This document shows positions 37,678 through 55,822 of a stretch of DNA of 64,000 nt, piece after piece (positions within the stretch are counted from its first letter, which is position 1; every line of letters begins with the position of its first letter). Position numbers and translations under genes: made by a program. Source of the stretch: the human T2T-CHM13v2.0 reference genome, Homo sapiens; the NCBI RefSeq assembly GCF_009914755.1, contig NC_060944.1; one strand, given 5' to 3'. Under the pieces are notes generated by a model, which had not been told where the DNA came from, did not search any database, and worked only from the letters and a program-made list of their open reading frames with translations.

Positions 37678-38269
37678 TTATTGAGTGCTTACAAGGTTCC
37701 AGGCTCTGCGTTAGGCATTTTATATGCAGTAATTCATTTATCTTTCCCAGCCATCTTGTGTGCTGGGTACTAACAGTATCTCCATTTAACAGGTGAGGAA
37801 ATGAAACTTCAGAAAGTGTCAGGGGTTCTGCCCGTGGGCAGAATTTGGCCCATGTCAACTCATTCTATTTGGCCAGGCAATGTATTTAAACATTGTGACT
37901 TGAAATGCCTGATAGGGCATGTGCTTTCCAGTCACAGGCTCCTGGCCTCATTGTACCTGCCTGAGGCATGTGCTGTTCACCTGCCTGAGGCATGTGCTGT
38001 TCACCTGCCTGCTTCCAGGTGAGTGTTTTGCCCAAGCTTGTAACAGCTGGACAGTGGCCTCCCAGATCTCATGGTCTAGGAACTCCTCTTGCTCCTTCAG
38101 AGACCAAGTTAAAGACATCTCCTGTGAGAAGCCCTCTGGGATTGCCCCTCTTCAGACAAACTCCATTTCTTTGCTTTCCAAAGACAATGAAGTCATGAAC
38201 TGCATCCTTTGTCCTCTCCCTCAACTTATGGTGACCATTCCCGAGTGACATTTCCCACTGACGGCTTTA

Positions 38270-38885
<616 letters not shown>

Positions 38886-41003
38886 TTTAAGACACATGGG
38901 GGGCAGAAAGGACACAGGACCTTGGCTGCCCATGTCCTGTTAGAACCCAAGTATCCTAACAGTGGGTCCTGCCTGTCATTTAATACACTTCTTGCAGTCT
39001 GCACAGTCATCCCGATGAGGTTGGTGCTAGTGTTCCCATTTACAGAGGCAGAGACTGAGGCTTGGAGATGGAGAATCACCTATCCAGAGTCACTACTGGG
39101 TTTGGAATCCAGGCCTGTGGGGTGTGAAACTGAGGTCCCCCCAGCACTCCTGCTGCAGGGATGTGGCATCCCCCCCCGGGGTGTGGCTGGGGCATGCTGG
39201 GACCTGCACCCTCTCCTCTCCGCCACACTGGGCCTTGCTAAGCCTTGGAGAGCCCCCTAGACCTACCTGCAGTGACTTGTTCCAGGAAGCGCGTCCTGGC
39301 CAGGGGTGGGTGAGTCATTCAGCAACCCCAGTGTGTTGTTCTTGGCCCCACAAGGGCTTTGTCTGGGGGAGGTGGTGCAGCCTAGTGTGTGCGTATGTGT
39401 GTGCAGACCTGAAGGCTCCAGGGCTGTGGCTGCTCCAGGGTGTGAGCTGGAGGGGCCCTTGCAGAATGATGATCATCACCGCTGGTGTTGGGGCCGACTC
39501 TGTAGTCGCCTCACACCCCACCCTGTGAAGAGGGTGTGGTCATTGTTCCTGTTTTACAGATGAGGAAACCGAGTCACTGAGGGGTTAAGTTGCTTGCCCA
39601 CCCAGAAAATGGTGGAGCTGGGATTTGAACTTGTGATGTCTGGGCCCAGAGCTGGTGCCCTGCACCCCATTGGTCCATTCTATGCCCTCCCTGACCGCCG
39701 GACCTGCTCTCTGGGAGGTGAGAGTCCTCGTAGGGTGCCCAGGCATTCTCAGTGTCTTCCATCTTGATTATTTCAAAGCTGGGATTTTGTGCCATCTGTA
39801 GTCAGTTCCCCTCAGCGCCTCCTCCCCCAGGGTGGACACCTCCTTTCCTTGACCCTGAAGGGCCATCACCCTCAGAGGCTGACATTCCAGTCTCCACCAA
39901 GGGCTTGGATCTCCACCAAGCCCTTCTCCCGGGGCCTGTTCCAATGCCCGGCATAGGTCTGAGAGGCCCAGGCAGCCGGGGGCTCGGAGAGCTTTGGTTT
40001 CTCTCCTGGTCTCTCCCCCAGGACCCCACTGCCCCCCTGAGGCAGGTGTTTGAGGCCTCCCCCGACCCCAGGCTGGCCCGAACAGTGACCATCCAGACGC
40101 AGCAGCCAGTCAGGGTGACCTGGCCATGTGGCGCCCCTGGGCTGTCTGTTCCTCACCCACCCGTGCTGCCTCCAAAGGGTCCATGGAGTGGAGAGGGCTG
40201 AGGTGGGACAAGGATATTGGGTGGCCCCACGGGAATGCTGGCATGGGCTTCTGCCCCCATGGGAGGAGCCACACCACTCACCAGAGGCGCAGCCCCCAGA
40301 GAGGGCAGGCTGCCCGCTGCCCAGGTGACTTGGTGCTGGTGTGGACATTGCCTGTGGCCTGGGCTGGCCCGAGGGGTCCGGTGCAGGAAGTGACCTGTGG
40401 ATACTAGCGATCCCCCTCAGCCAGCTTTCCGACTGGATCCTGGCCTCTCAGCCCTACCTTTGAGCTGCCTGAGAAAGAGGCATTTGCTCCACAGACGGAG
40501 CCAGCCTGTGCCCCAGGCCCTTGGCACCCAGCCACAAAAATGTACGCATGACCATGCTACAACACATGTATTTCATGGCACAAAAGTCCACATTTTCATG
40601 CTGCACTATATAAACGAAAAGTTTTTAGTTATGCTTTTATATTGATCGTTATAACATTGTGAGGTTTTAATAAGAATTGCCCCTCTCTTTTATTGTAGCT
40701 AAGCCCCTTCTGTGACATGTCTTAGCTGTGTGACCATGGGCAAGTCTCTTAGCCTTTGTAAGCCTCAGAGACAGCCAGGCACAGTGGCTTCCACCCATAA
40801 TCCCAGCACTTTGGGAGGCCAGGGTGGGAGGATCACTTGAGCTGGGAACTACATAGGGAGACCACGTCTCTAATTTACTAGATATTATTAAAATAATACC
40901 TTTTTGAGATCTTAACGTTATTTTGAATTGTTCCGAGATGGCTTCTCAGTGACCTCAGAATAAAATCCAAACTCCTTGTCATGGCCTGCAAGAGGGTGCA
41001 TGA

Positions 41004-41332
<329 letters not shown>

Positions 41333-41453
41333 TTAAAATAATATCTTTAAAGTTCAAAAAAAAATTAAGCCTCAGAGAGTCTGACTGAGTCAGTGAGCCG
41401 GCACGGGCAGGTTCATGAGAGGCTTTGCTTGCTAGAAAACTGTTTGGATTTGA

Positions 41454-41825
<372 letters not shown>

Positions 41826-41904
41826 TGAGGAATGGAGTGGTCCAGGACAGACTCAACACTTAGTGCTCAGCGGTGAGCGGGAATCACGGGGCAGCTGACA
41901 GAGC

Positions 41905-42070
41905 CAGCCCTGCTGTGCCAGGCACTGTTTTCAGCTTGTCAATCCTCATAACATCCCACAAGGGAGGTGCTATTTCTATCTCCATCTTACAGCTGAGGAA
42001 ACTGAGGCATAGAGAGGGTAAGTAACTTACCCAGGATCACACAGTTGGACATGAGGATATGAATCCACGT
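41905..42070 (-). mobile_element. MIR (other MIR pieces at about 19455, 23390, 31440, 34245, 39550, 44600, 52020, 61370)
   Basis: ccatcttacagctgaggaaactgaggcatagagagggtaagtaacttacccaggatcacacag. Confidence 0.7.
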
Positions 42071-42180
42071 TCTTCTTTCCATCACATATTGCCTTGGTAG
42101 AGAGCTGTGATCTCTTCAGGGAGCTTGTGTCTGGTGCAAGAATACAGACAGTGACCAAATTCAAAGAAAATTCAGTTACA

Positions 42181-42700
<520 letters not shown>

Positions 42701-44233
42701 AAAAGGGATCCCAGGTCTGAGGGGTCAGGAGTGGCCTCTGAGGAGGGGCTGTGGAAGCTGAGAGCTAGATGATGAGTAAGTGTGGGTGTGGAGTCAGAAG
42801 AAAGAGCGCTCCCGGCCAAGGGAACTGCCATTGCAGAATCTCTGCAACACACCTGAGCTTGGTGCTTGAGAAATTGCTAGTCCAGCGTGGGCTGCCTGCA
42901 TGAGCCAGGGCAGAGTGGAGAGAGAGAAGGTCTGGGAGGTAGCAGGGACCAGATTGTGCAGGGTCTCAAGGCCACACAGAGGAATTTAACACTATTCTAA
43001 GGGCGATTCTTGTAGCAGGGGAGGGACTTGGCCAAATTTGCTTCACTTGGCAAGAAACCAGGGCTCGTTCTCTGCTCTGAGCTCAGGCTGGCATTCGGGG
43101 TCTGTGACGTCTTAGGACTTGAACACCAGAGCTGAGCAGGGCACGTGGGTGCCCTCCAGGCTGCAGGTTTGGTTGTTTGGAATGTTTCCTCCCCTGGAAA
43201 TATCTAATGCTGTGCCCTGAGCTCTCTGGAATCCTCCCCTTGCCAGGTCTCAGGGCCCTTGTCCGGTCAGAGGAAAGAAAAGAGTCTCCAGAAAGGGGCC
43301 CAGGTCTTCCAGACAAATGTCCCTGAGACCCTGCTAGAGGGGGCAGCCATCAGCCCAGCGCCTGCTTGCGGAGGGCCCCTCACATCTGGAGATGGTTTCA
43401 GGCATGTGCGGAAGTGAAAGTGTGAAATGGGGCTGGAGCCCTGCGGGCTGCGGACCTCGGAAGTGCACAGAGGCCACAGCAGGTGTCCCCTTGGCCGGGC
43501 CAGCTTCCTGCTGACCATGCCAGGCCGGCCCTCCTCCTGGCTCACGTGCCCAGGGGCACAGAGCAGCCTCACTAATTTGTTGTAAACCACTGTTTGTTTT
43601 CTGCCGCCAAAACATCTTGTTCACGAGGTGTCATTTTGATTAATTTTTCTGATGGAGAAGAACACGGTGCTTCCCAGGGAAGCTCTTTGGCTGACAGCAA
43701 AGCTGACTGGGCCAACTCCTGACTCCTGCACAGAGCGATGCTGCCCTGGGGGAGGGAAGCTTGGCTGGGACTCGGGGCTGCCTGGCCCACCTGTTCACCC
43801 CTACCCCCACCAGGGCAGCAGAGGCCTGGGGAGACCGTGCTTGCTGAGACCTTCCCAGAAAGAAAGATGGGCAGAGGGGCTGGAGGGGAGCCAGGGTGGC
43901 TTTGGAGCAAAGCAGAGCCAGGACAGGCAGGGTGTGAGATGTCACCTGGTCCCACAGTTGCAGCGCTCCCAGGGTGATCTGGTAACAGCAATGAGTGAGT
44001 GAGTCTTCTGGGCATGAGACAGGAGGGAGTGGTGGGGACTGTGGCGAATTGCAGACCCCATGCCTCGTGTACAGGAGTGGAACCTTTGCCTGGCGCCAGC
44101 CTCGCATAAATGGCGGCCAGTGGTCACCAGGTTTTCCTATATGGGGGAGAAAGCTGGACATTTGGAGGGTTTTTTGTTGTTGTTGTTTTTTGTTTTATGA
44201 ATCTTCCCATGTCAAAAAGTCAGTATTTTTCTA

Positions 44234-44407
<174 letters not shown>

Positions 44408-44980
44408 CTGTGTTGTACCATGGGCTGCAGCCAGCATAGCCCCAGCTCTGGACTTTAGGCTGATGACCTGTACCTCTTCGTCCCCTCCACTGTGGAGGAT
44501 TTGAGACCAGGGAGAAGTAGAGCGGCATCTTCTCCACTTTTATGCACCAGCCCTGGTTGGAACTCTTCAACTCTAAACAGCAACATGACTAACAGCCAAT
44601 AGTTATATTGAGCCCCTACTGTATACGAAGGGCTTTCTGTGCCTCATCTCAATTTCCTGTAACAACACCAGAGGCAGATGCTATTATTCTAGTTTACAAA
44701 GAAAGGACCTGAGGCTCAGAGGGGGCTCTTCACTTGCTCAGAGTCACACAGTGTAACTGGCAGAGCTGGGATTTGATCCAGCTTTGACCTTGGTCAGCTG
44801 GTCAGGTGTGTCTCTACCTCCCTCTGTGAGCTTCCCAAGGGCAGGGACTGAAACTTCAACTGCCAAGGCTGCAAACTCGAGATCTTTGGGCTAGTTCTGC
44901 CTCAACCACACTTGCTCTTCGGCCAGCGTGGTATATGGATATATTTAACTTGAGTTAGTTGCCAAAAAGCAAATTTCATG

Positions 44981-46020
44981 TGAGATTTTTGAGGATGAGA
45001 GGGGAGGAAGTTCCTTCTGACAGCAAGTAGTTTTTATTTGGGGGGGTTGCTCTTTGTTGAGGCCTATCTGGAAGCACCCCAACTTTGCCCTTGTGGCTTC
45101 TCATGAAGAAGCAGAGGTTTGAGTGGGCCCCTGAGCGGCGTCCCTGCCCAGCCAGCATCTGGCCTACCGTGCTCACTCTTGGTGCCTGCTGGTGTGTTTG
45201 AGTCTCCCCCCCGGTAGAGCACATAGTAGGTGTTCAATAAATAGTCATCAGCAGATGTTCTGAAGGCTTCTTGCCTGCCTCCCAGATTTCTTAGGGGGCG
45301 TGTCCAGGCACTGGAAGGCTGGAGAGGATTTTCAAGGCTGTAAGGGAGGTAATGAGGCCATGGGCGGAGCTGCCCTGCCCGGGCTGCCTGTAGGAGTCGT
45401 CAGTGCCAGGCTCAGCGTGCTCCCCTCCCCCAGCGACCCCCCAGCTCCCGCCCCTTGCCTCCTCTCCCCTTCCTGTCCAGCCCTGCAAGTGGTGGGGGTG
45501 CTGGGTCTCTCCCCTGCAGAATCCCCCTGCAGGAGGTGACTCGGGGAGGAGGCCGACAGCTCAGCTTTATCTGGTGGTGGAGGCTGGGTAAGACACAAAC
45601 AAGAAGGGAGAGGAAATTGTGAGGCGCCTTCTCCCGGCCCTGAACCAGCCACTGCTTCTCCTGCTGCCCCCATCAGCCCTTGCAGTAAAAATGCAGCAGG
45701 AGCAGATAGCAAATATGAGGACCACGACTGTGGAGGGCCGAGGGGTGCCGGGTCCCAGCCCCCACCTACCAGCCCCCTCCCCACGGCTCCCAGGGACCTC
45801 CCGGGTTCGTTTCCTTCAAGGTCTTTGGTGGAGTGCTATAGGGGGACGGAGGGTTCCTGGCAGGCTGGTTTGGGAATCAAATTGTGTTTTTCAGGCATTT
45901 CATTCTTGCTGAGATTTTGAGGATGAGAGGGGAGAAAGTTCCTTCCGACAACAAGAAGTTTTCATTTTTGGGGGGGTGCTGTTTGTTGGGCCCTATGTGG
46001 AAGCACCCCAACTTTGCCCT
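44981..46020 (+). repeat. Diverged 111-bp direct repeat pair (44981-45091 and 45910-46020)
   Basis: tgagattttgaggatgagaggggag...ggaagcaccccaactttgccct occurs twice. Confidence 0.85.
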
Positions 46021-46805
46021 GGTTGGTGGGACCCTCAACATGCCCTTCTCTCAAAGCAGCACCACCGTCAGGGGCATCCCCTGTGGCAGCAGTGCCCTGG
46101 GCCCAGCCCTGCCATCCTGGGGTTGTTGGACATTGTTTGCGGCCTTTGCACATGCCGGTTCCCCTCCCTGGAAAACCCTTCCCGCTCCCCACCTGGCAAT
46201 GTTCATTATTGTTCAAAGCCCCAGTCACACGGTCCCACCCCTGGGAAGCCGCCTGGGTTCCCCCAGCCAGCCTTCCTCTGGGGTCCCCTAACCCAAACCC
46301 TCGTTCATTGCCTGGCGGGCACATGGCCTCATCTGCATTTTCTCCTGTTGTTCCCCTAGCCTGAGAGCTGCTCAAGGGTGGGGCCTGTGTCTTGTCTTTG
46401 CCATGGTGATGAGAGTTCTGATGCTGCTGGAGTGTTCTGGGCTGTCTTTGGGCCACCACAAGCAGCACTTACCTGCCCTACTTGGTTCATCCCCAGGCCA
46501 CCCGGTACGGAGTAACTGTCTCCATTCCGACTCTTCAGGTGAGGAAACCGAGGATCAGAGGAGTTAGAACATTTTAACAAAGCCAGGGCCTGGCCCATTT
46601 GATTCCAGAGTCCCACATTCTTCACACCCCAGGAACTGAAATTCAAACACTCACTGAGACCAGGCAAGGCCCTGAGTGATGCAGAGAGGCCAGGTTGGGG
46701 CTGTGACTGGCAGGGGAGGCGGGGCCCTCAGCTGCAGCCTGGAACAGAGACCAGAGTGGCCAGGCCTTGCGCTTTTTGTGGCTTTGTGTGTGTGTGTGTG
46801 TGTGT

Positions 46806-47099
46806 TTTCTTTTTTCTTTTTTATAGTTACACTCTGTTGCCCAGGCTGGAGTGCGGTGGCCTGATCTTAGCTCGCTGCAACCTCTTCCTCCCACGCTCAA
46901 GCAGTTCTCCTGCCTCAGCCTCCTAAGTAGCTGAGACTACAGGTGCCCGCCACCATGACTGGCTAATTTTTGTATTTTTAGTAGAGATGAGGTTTTGCCA
47001 TGTTAGCCAGGCCGGTCTTGAACTCCTGACCCCAAGTGATCCGCCCATCTTGGTTTCCCAAAGTGCTGGGATTACAGGTGTGAACCACTGCACCCGGCC
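46806..47099 (-). mobile_element. Alu (AluS-type) with (TG)n at its tail (46786-46805)
   Basis: TSD aggccttgc. Confidence 0.88.
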
Positions 47100-47542
47100 G
47101 AGGCCTTGCACATTTTAAAAGAGCGGATGCAGATTTTCTGTGAAATCAACTGATTTTGAAAACAGGTCTGAGAGGCTTAAATAAATCTCCTCAGGGCCCT
47201 TGGTTCAGGGGCCTGCATCTGGGCCTTGGCAATGATCTGCAGTGACCGGGCAGCACCCAGAGGACCCAGGACATGAACTCGTGGGTGGGTACCCACCTCT
47301 CCCTGCCCAGCCTGGCATTTGAGTCTCCTCAGCGGGGGACATCATCAAGGATGTGAGGGGTGCCAGGGCCCACGGCTGGTCTGGGTTCACTTTGCAAAAG
47401 GGGTTCTGGGTGAGTGCCAAGGGAGGCAGTTGGTGGGATCCCTCTACACCCCCCACATTCTTTCCACCTGGCACTCCTACTTTTTGAGCCAAACACATGA
47501 TGTTTTCTTAGTCTTATATGAAGTGTCAATGAATGCAGCTAA

Positions 47543-48001
<459 letters not shown>

Positions 48002-48024
48002 TAACCAAGAGCAAGGATGCAGAC

Positions 48025-48601
48025 CAGGCCTCACAACCTCAGCACTGTGGACATTTGGGGCCAGGTCCTTCTTTGCTGTGGGGACCATTTTGTGTACTGG
48101 GGGGTGTTTTGTGCACTGGGGGGTGTTTTGTGTACTAGGGGATGTTTTGTATACTGGGGGTGTTTTGTGTACTGGGGGATGTTTTGTGTACTGGGGGTGT
48201 TTTGTGTACTGGGGGGTGTTTTGTGTACTGGGGGGTGTTTTGTGTACTGGGGGTGTTTTGTGTACTGGAGGGTGTTTTGTGTACTGGGGGTGTTTTGTGT
48301 ACTGGGGGGTGTTTTGTGTACTGGGGGGTGTTTTGTGTACTGGGGGTGTTTTGTGTACTGGAGGGTGTTTTGTGTACTGGGGATGTTTTGTGTACTGGGA
48401 GGTGTTTTGTGTACTGGGGGGTGTTTTGTGCACTGTAGATGTTTTGTATACTCGGGGATGTTTTGTGCACTGGTGGGTGTTTTGCCGCATCTCTAGCCTC
48501 ACTCGCTAGATGTACCCTCCCCGCAGTGTAACAACCAAAAAGGAGTCCATAAATTGCCAGCTGTCCCCGGGGGCAAAATTGCCCCGAGTTAAGGACCACT
48601 G
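48025..48601 (-). mobile_element. MER20 (hAT-Charlie) DNA transposon fossil interrupted by the VNTR
   Basis: Flanks match the recalled MER20 consensus (caacctcagcactgtggacatttgggg...; ...tgtccccgggggcaaaattgccccgagttaaggaccactg). Confidence 0.8.
48088..48484. repeat. Minisatellite (VNTR): about 21 units of 18-19 bp, consensus TTTTGTGTACTGGGGG(G)TG
   Basis: Units counted directly; produces the repetitive ORFs at 47813-48656. Confidence 0.97.
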
Positions 48602-51600
48602 GCCCAGAAGAATGACAGCTGTCAAGACTGGGTGATGGTACGTGGGGACTCATCATAGTCCCCTCATTGCTTTTATATGTTTCCTATAAATATGAAAAAG
48701 TTTCCTTATAAATATGGAAAAGAATACAAAGTTAAAAAATATATGAAAGCAGGAATTCTGGAGCCAAACAGTCCCGGGTTTTGTATCTTGGTGGTGCTGC
48801 TGGCCGGCTCCATGGCCTTGGGAGAGTCTCAACCTCCCCCTCTGTGAAATGGGTGGCAGTTCTCCAGCCTCATGGCCTCAGGTCGAGGATTTGAACGTGC
48901 ATGATTTGCTTTCCATTTGGCAGCTTCTATGTAGCAGTATTCTGATGTGGGCGCTGTTCTAGCAGCTGAGGCGCATAAGTTGTGGAGAGTGGCGTGCTTT
49001 GTTGAGTATTCACGTGAGGCAGGCACCCGGACGCTCTGCGCTGACCTCATTACTCACCTGCTCAGCTGCTGTGTAGTGAGGCAAGTTGCTATCATTGGCC
49101 CCATTTTATAAAGAGCAACTGAGGCAGCAGGAGGTGGAGCTTCTCCCCACAGTCAGCGGGAGGAGGTAGAAGAGGTGTCCCCAGGCTGCCTGGCTCCAGA
49201 GCCTGCAGTCCTGAGCTCCAGGCTGCCTGAAGGGATTCACTTATGCACTTGGCACAGCGCTAGCACATAGTAGGTGCTCAGTTAGGGTGGGCTGCGAGGA
49301 TTGCTTTTGTAGACAGCTCTCTCTGGAGGGGCTGATTGTTCCAAACCCCCCCCACCATGCGGCACCGTAGGTGTGTCTCTGACGTCTTCAAGGCTGCCAA
49401 AGCCAAGTCCTGAAGCTGCTTTTTACAGAATAACCTGTCGCCTGCTTCCTGCCATGCGCTGATGTCGGCCACCATGGATCTCGCCTGCAGGAATTGAATG
49501 GAGTGGCTCACTCGCCTCTGAGCTGCTGCCCATCTGGGTCAGCCCCTCCACACTGCTCATGCCAGGAGCACGCCGGTGCTCAGGGGTGGCCGGGTTCGTG
49601 GTGTGTCTCAAGCCATGCTGGGTCATGAGGGGTTGGGCTAGCCACGCCCACCTGGGCACACCCGCCAGGGGTGTCTTGGGTCCCACCTCTCCCACTTCCT
49701 CCCATCTTCAGCCCTCCATTCCATCTTGACCACTGGGGGAGGGGCCCAGGCAAGGCCCCACCCTCACCCCCAGCCCTGCTTGGTGGAGATTTCGGCCTCT
49801 GGCTCTGCATCCCCAACAATTCTGTTTCCTGCTGTCTCTCTTCCCATCTCCATCTCTGTTGGTATTCTGGTCTGTCTCTATCTTTGTGTCACTGCCTGGA
49901 TCCATGTCTCTTGCGTTCATCTTGCTTGTCTCTGCGTCTCTCCATGTGTCTCTGCATCCCTATCTGTGCCACTCCATCTCCTCGTCTCTCCTGCCTGTGT
50001 CTCTGTCCCATGTCTCTCTGTGTGTCACCTACACAATCACAAACCTTCACTGTGCCCCCTGTCCCCCAGGCCACAATCCTCGCATCCCCCTTCGTGCCCC
50101 ACCTCCACCTGCATCTCTGGCTCCTCCAAGAGACCTTCCTGGGACCCCTTCCTCCTCAGACTGGAAGGGGAAGGGGAAGGGTGTGGGCCGGCAGGGCTAG
50201 GACAGGTCTGAGTCTGTCTGCCGTCCACCAGCCTGGCCGGCCCAGGCTGGGCCGTGGGCACCCATTGCCCTTCTCTGAGCCCTGATGTCCACATCAGGGC
50301 ATAAGTGCGCCCACAGGAGGGCCCCCCAGGGACGCTTTTGACTGTGTCACTAGAGAGCAACACTTGGTACGTGGGAACTGTTAGTAACAACAGCCATGAA
50401 CCTGAGGATGAATAAATGGAGGACCTGGGTCCCCGCCTGGGCTTAGGGTCTCTCTGGAGAATAAAACTCACAGGCAGAAACTATCAGCGGATAATAACAA
50501 GGTGGGCTGCATGCATCTCACTTCCATGCCTCACAGAGAAAAAGAGGAACGAGCTCAAGGGAAGCTGCAGAGGACAGGCTGGGAAAGGCCTGCGGGAGGG
50601 AAGAGCCTGGCCCATGTGTGGCATTCGCAGCACAGCCCACGACAGGCTGCTGGGTCGCAGGCATTCCTGAGTGAGGTTGGGCCCGGCAGGGGATGGCAGG
50701 TGTGATCGGTGTCAGAACGCAGGTTCTGGAATCAAGCAGTGTGCAGAGGTGAGTCGTTTGTCAGTGCAGACTCCTGCCTGCTGCCTGCAGCTGTGGATTG
50801 GGTCTGGAAAAGGTGCAATCCCTTTGATGCCCACGGAGCCTGGGAAGTACTTGGCTCTGTTCCTGGTCAACTTTCTGCTGGGAAAATAAACCGTGTCTCA
50901 TTAGGCAGTGAGTTCATCCCGATGCCTGTTCTGGCTGATAACATCACACCTTGTCATGCTGCCAGGCCCAAAGTCAAGGTCAAAGTTCCTGTTACTTAGG
51001 GAATCCTAATAATTAACCTGGGAACCTCAGCCGGAGAGGGAGATGCTGGTTTTTAAATGGAGTGAGAAGCTGGAGCAGGGAGGTGGCTGTTTCGGGGCTG
51101 GGCATCTCCAAGCACCAATTTCAAGGTGCCACCCTGATCAGGATTGGTGATCACAGTCTTCCAGCCTCCTTGTCCCTTTTGTGTCTGGTAGCTCTTTGCT
51201 GGCCTAGACCTGGCTCCAGAGGCCTTGGGCAGTGCCCCTGGAAGTGTGTGCATTGGTACGGGGCAGGAGGGGCTCAGATGACAGTGGTCAGTGCTTGGAG
51301 AGACATGGGGGCGCTGCTTGCAGGGCTGCCTGCCAGCATCTTTGTGCCTGACATGTGGCCTCCTATAAGCTCTCACTCTCTGGCCAGCAGTCATTTATTG
51401 AGCACCTACTGTGTGCCAGGCCCTCTGATTGATTGATTGATGAGTCACATCACTTAGTGGCTGAGAGATGTTCTGGCACTTGTAATTTTCAAGCCTCCTT
51501 GTAAGTTAAACATTGAAGCAGTATCAGAACTGGCTCCCGTAACTGTGATTTAGTTTAAATGTTCATATTTTGAAACTGAATGCATTTAATTACTTAAAAT

Positions 51601-51711
51601 GCAACATTATAACATTGTACGTTTGTGCTGTTCACAAGCTAATGATGGCATTTTAGAAGCATATGAATTCAGGGAGCCCTGTTCAGAATGAAATGAGCCT
51701 TCACTCATTGA

Positions 51712-52029
<318 letters not shown>

Positions 52030-52905
52030 TAAGCACTTTCCGTTATATGAGCATAATGCCCTATGAGGTAGGAGCAATTATTAGCCCCCATTTTTAGATG
52101 AGAAAACAGAGGCACAGAGAGGTTAGTAACTTGGCCAAGGTCACACAGCTAGGAAGGGGGACCGCTGCCATCTGAGGGATTTGGAAATGGGACAGTTTAC
52201 TGCGCTGGATGAAGGGACTCTGCTCTCAATGCTAGCAGCTCTGGGGCTTTGGTGGGGGATGTCAAAGTGCAAATTCGAGGTCCTCTGTGACCCCCACCTC
52301 CACTTCCACCCTTATTCCCATAAGCAACATGAGTCTCACTGAGGGAATGGGCAGGTAGTGGGAAGCCTCTAAGGCTTTGTGCCCTGAGAAGTGAGTTATT
52401 CCCCATCAGCAGTCCCCCATTTCTGGTTCTGTTGAGAATGTCCATGGTGGGGTGAGGGTGGGCGGCTCAGCCAGCAGGATGTTCTCCTCTTTCCCTCTGT
52501 CTCTAGGGTTCTTGAGCCTGGAGACCACCCCACAGTGTTGCTGCCTGGAGCTTCCTTCCATCCACCTCCATGCCCATCCCGTCCCCACACAGTCCCCTCT
52601 TAGCCTGCTTGTCTGCTCCGGGAGCTGCCAAGAACTAGCGACTCCAGCCCCTGGGCCAGGCTTAACTCTGCTGCCAAACCTCCACCCCATCTTCATTCAT
52701 TCATTCATTCAAGTTAGTACAGTAATCCCTGGTATCCATGGGGCTTGGCTCCAGGAACCCCTTTCAGTTATCAAAAATCCATGGGTGCTTGAGTCTCTAA
52801 TACAGAGAATATATAGAGAGAATTTGCATATAACTTACATACATCCTTCCATATACTCTAAATCATCTCTAGATTACTTATAATACCTAATACAAAGTAA
52901 ATGCT

Positions 52906-53211
<306 letters not shown>

Positions 53212-53254
53212 CTATATAGATAGCTGTTACACTGTATTGTTTGGGGAATAATGA

Positions 53255-53832
<578 letters not shown>

Positions 53833-54384
53833 TCGGTTTTGAATATTTTTGATTCATGTTGGTTGAACGCATGGATGTGGAACCCACGGATGTGGAGGGC
53901 CGACTGCACTTATCTTTGAACCACCTGTGTGAGCTAGGCACTGTTCAGACCCTTGGCGTGGAAGGAGTAGAGGCCGCCTGCTCCTGGCCCTGGCGATGGC
54001 CTAGTGTGTGATATGCCCCAGGGAGAGCCCTGTAAGGAAGGGAAAGGAGAGGTGTCTGAGGAGGAGGAGACAGGGGCCAGGGAGAGCCTCTGGGGAGGTG
54101 ACTTGAGAGCCAGGTGGCTGGTGCTCTGGGGGAGGGAAGAAGTGGAGGGAGTAGGCTCTGGGGCCAGTGGGAGGCTCAGCCTGGAGGCTCTGAGATCTGC
54201 TCAGCCCTTGTTTTACTGGGACCGCTCTGCTGCATGTAGAGGGAAGATGCCAGGTGTGCGGTGTGGAGCTTAGGGAGCTTAGAGCCGCTGGAATGGTCCA
54301 GGAGACGTGCTGGTGGCCTGGCGCAGGTTGAGGGGGGCAGGCGGAGGTGGGGAGGTGTAGCCAACTCTGGATGTGTGTGCGTGT

Positions 54385-55822
<1,438 letters not shown>

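Noticed and set aside
48088-48484. Possible CRISPR-like array
   Set aside because: Units are head-to-tail with no unique spacers, the DNA is primate and there are no cas genes
49671-50285. 204-aa Pro/Leu/Cys/Ser-rich ORF (and the 181-aa ORF at 56654)
   Set aside because: Arise from degenerate CT-rich low-complexity sequence with non-ATG starts and no recognisable domain
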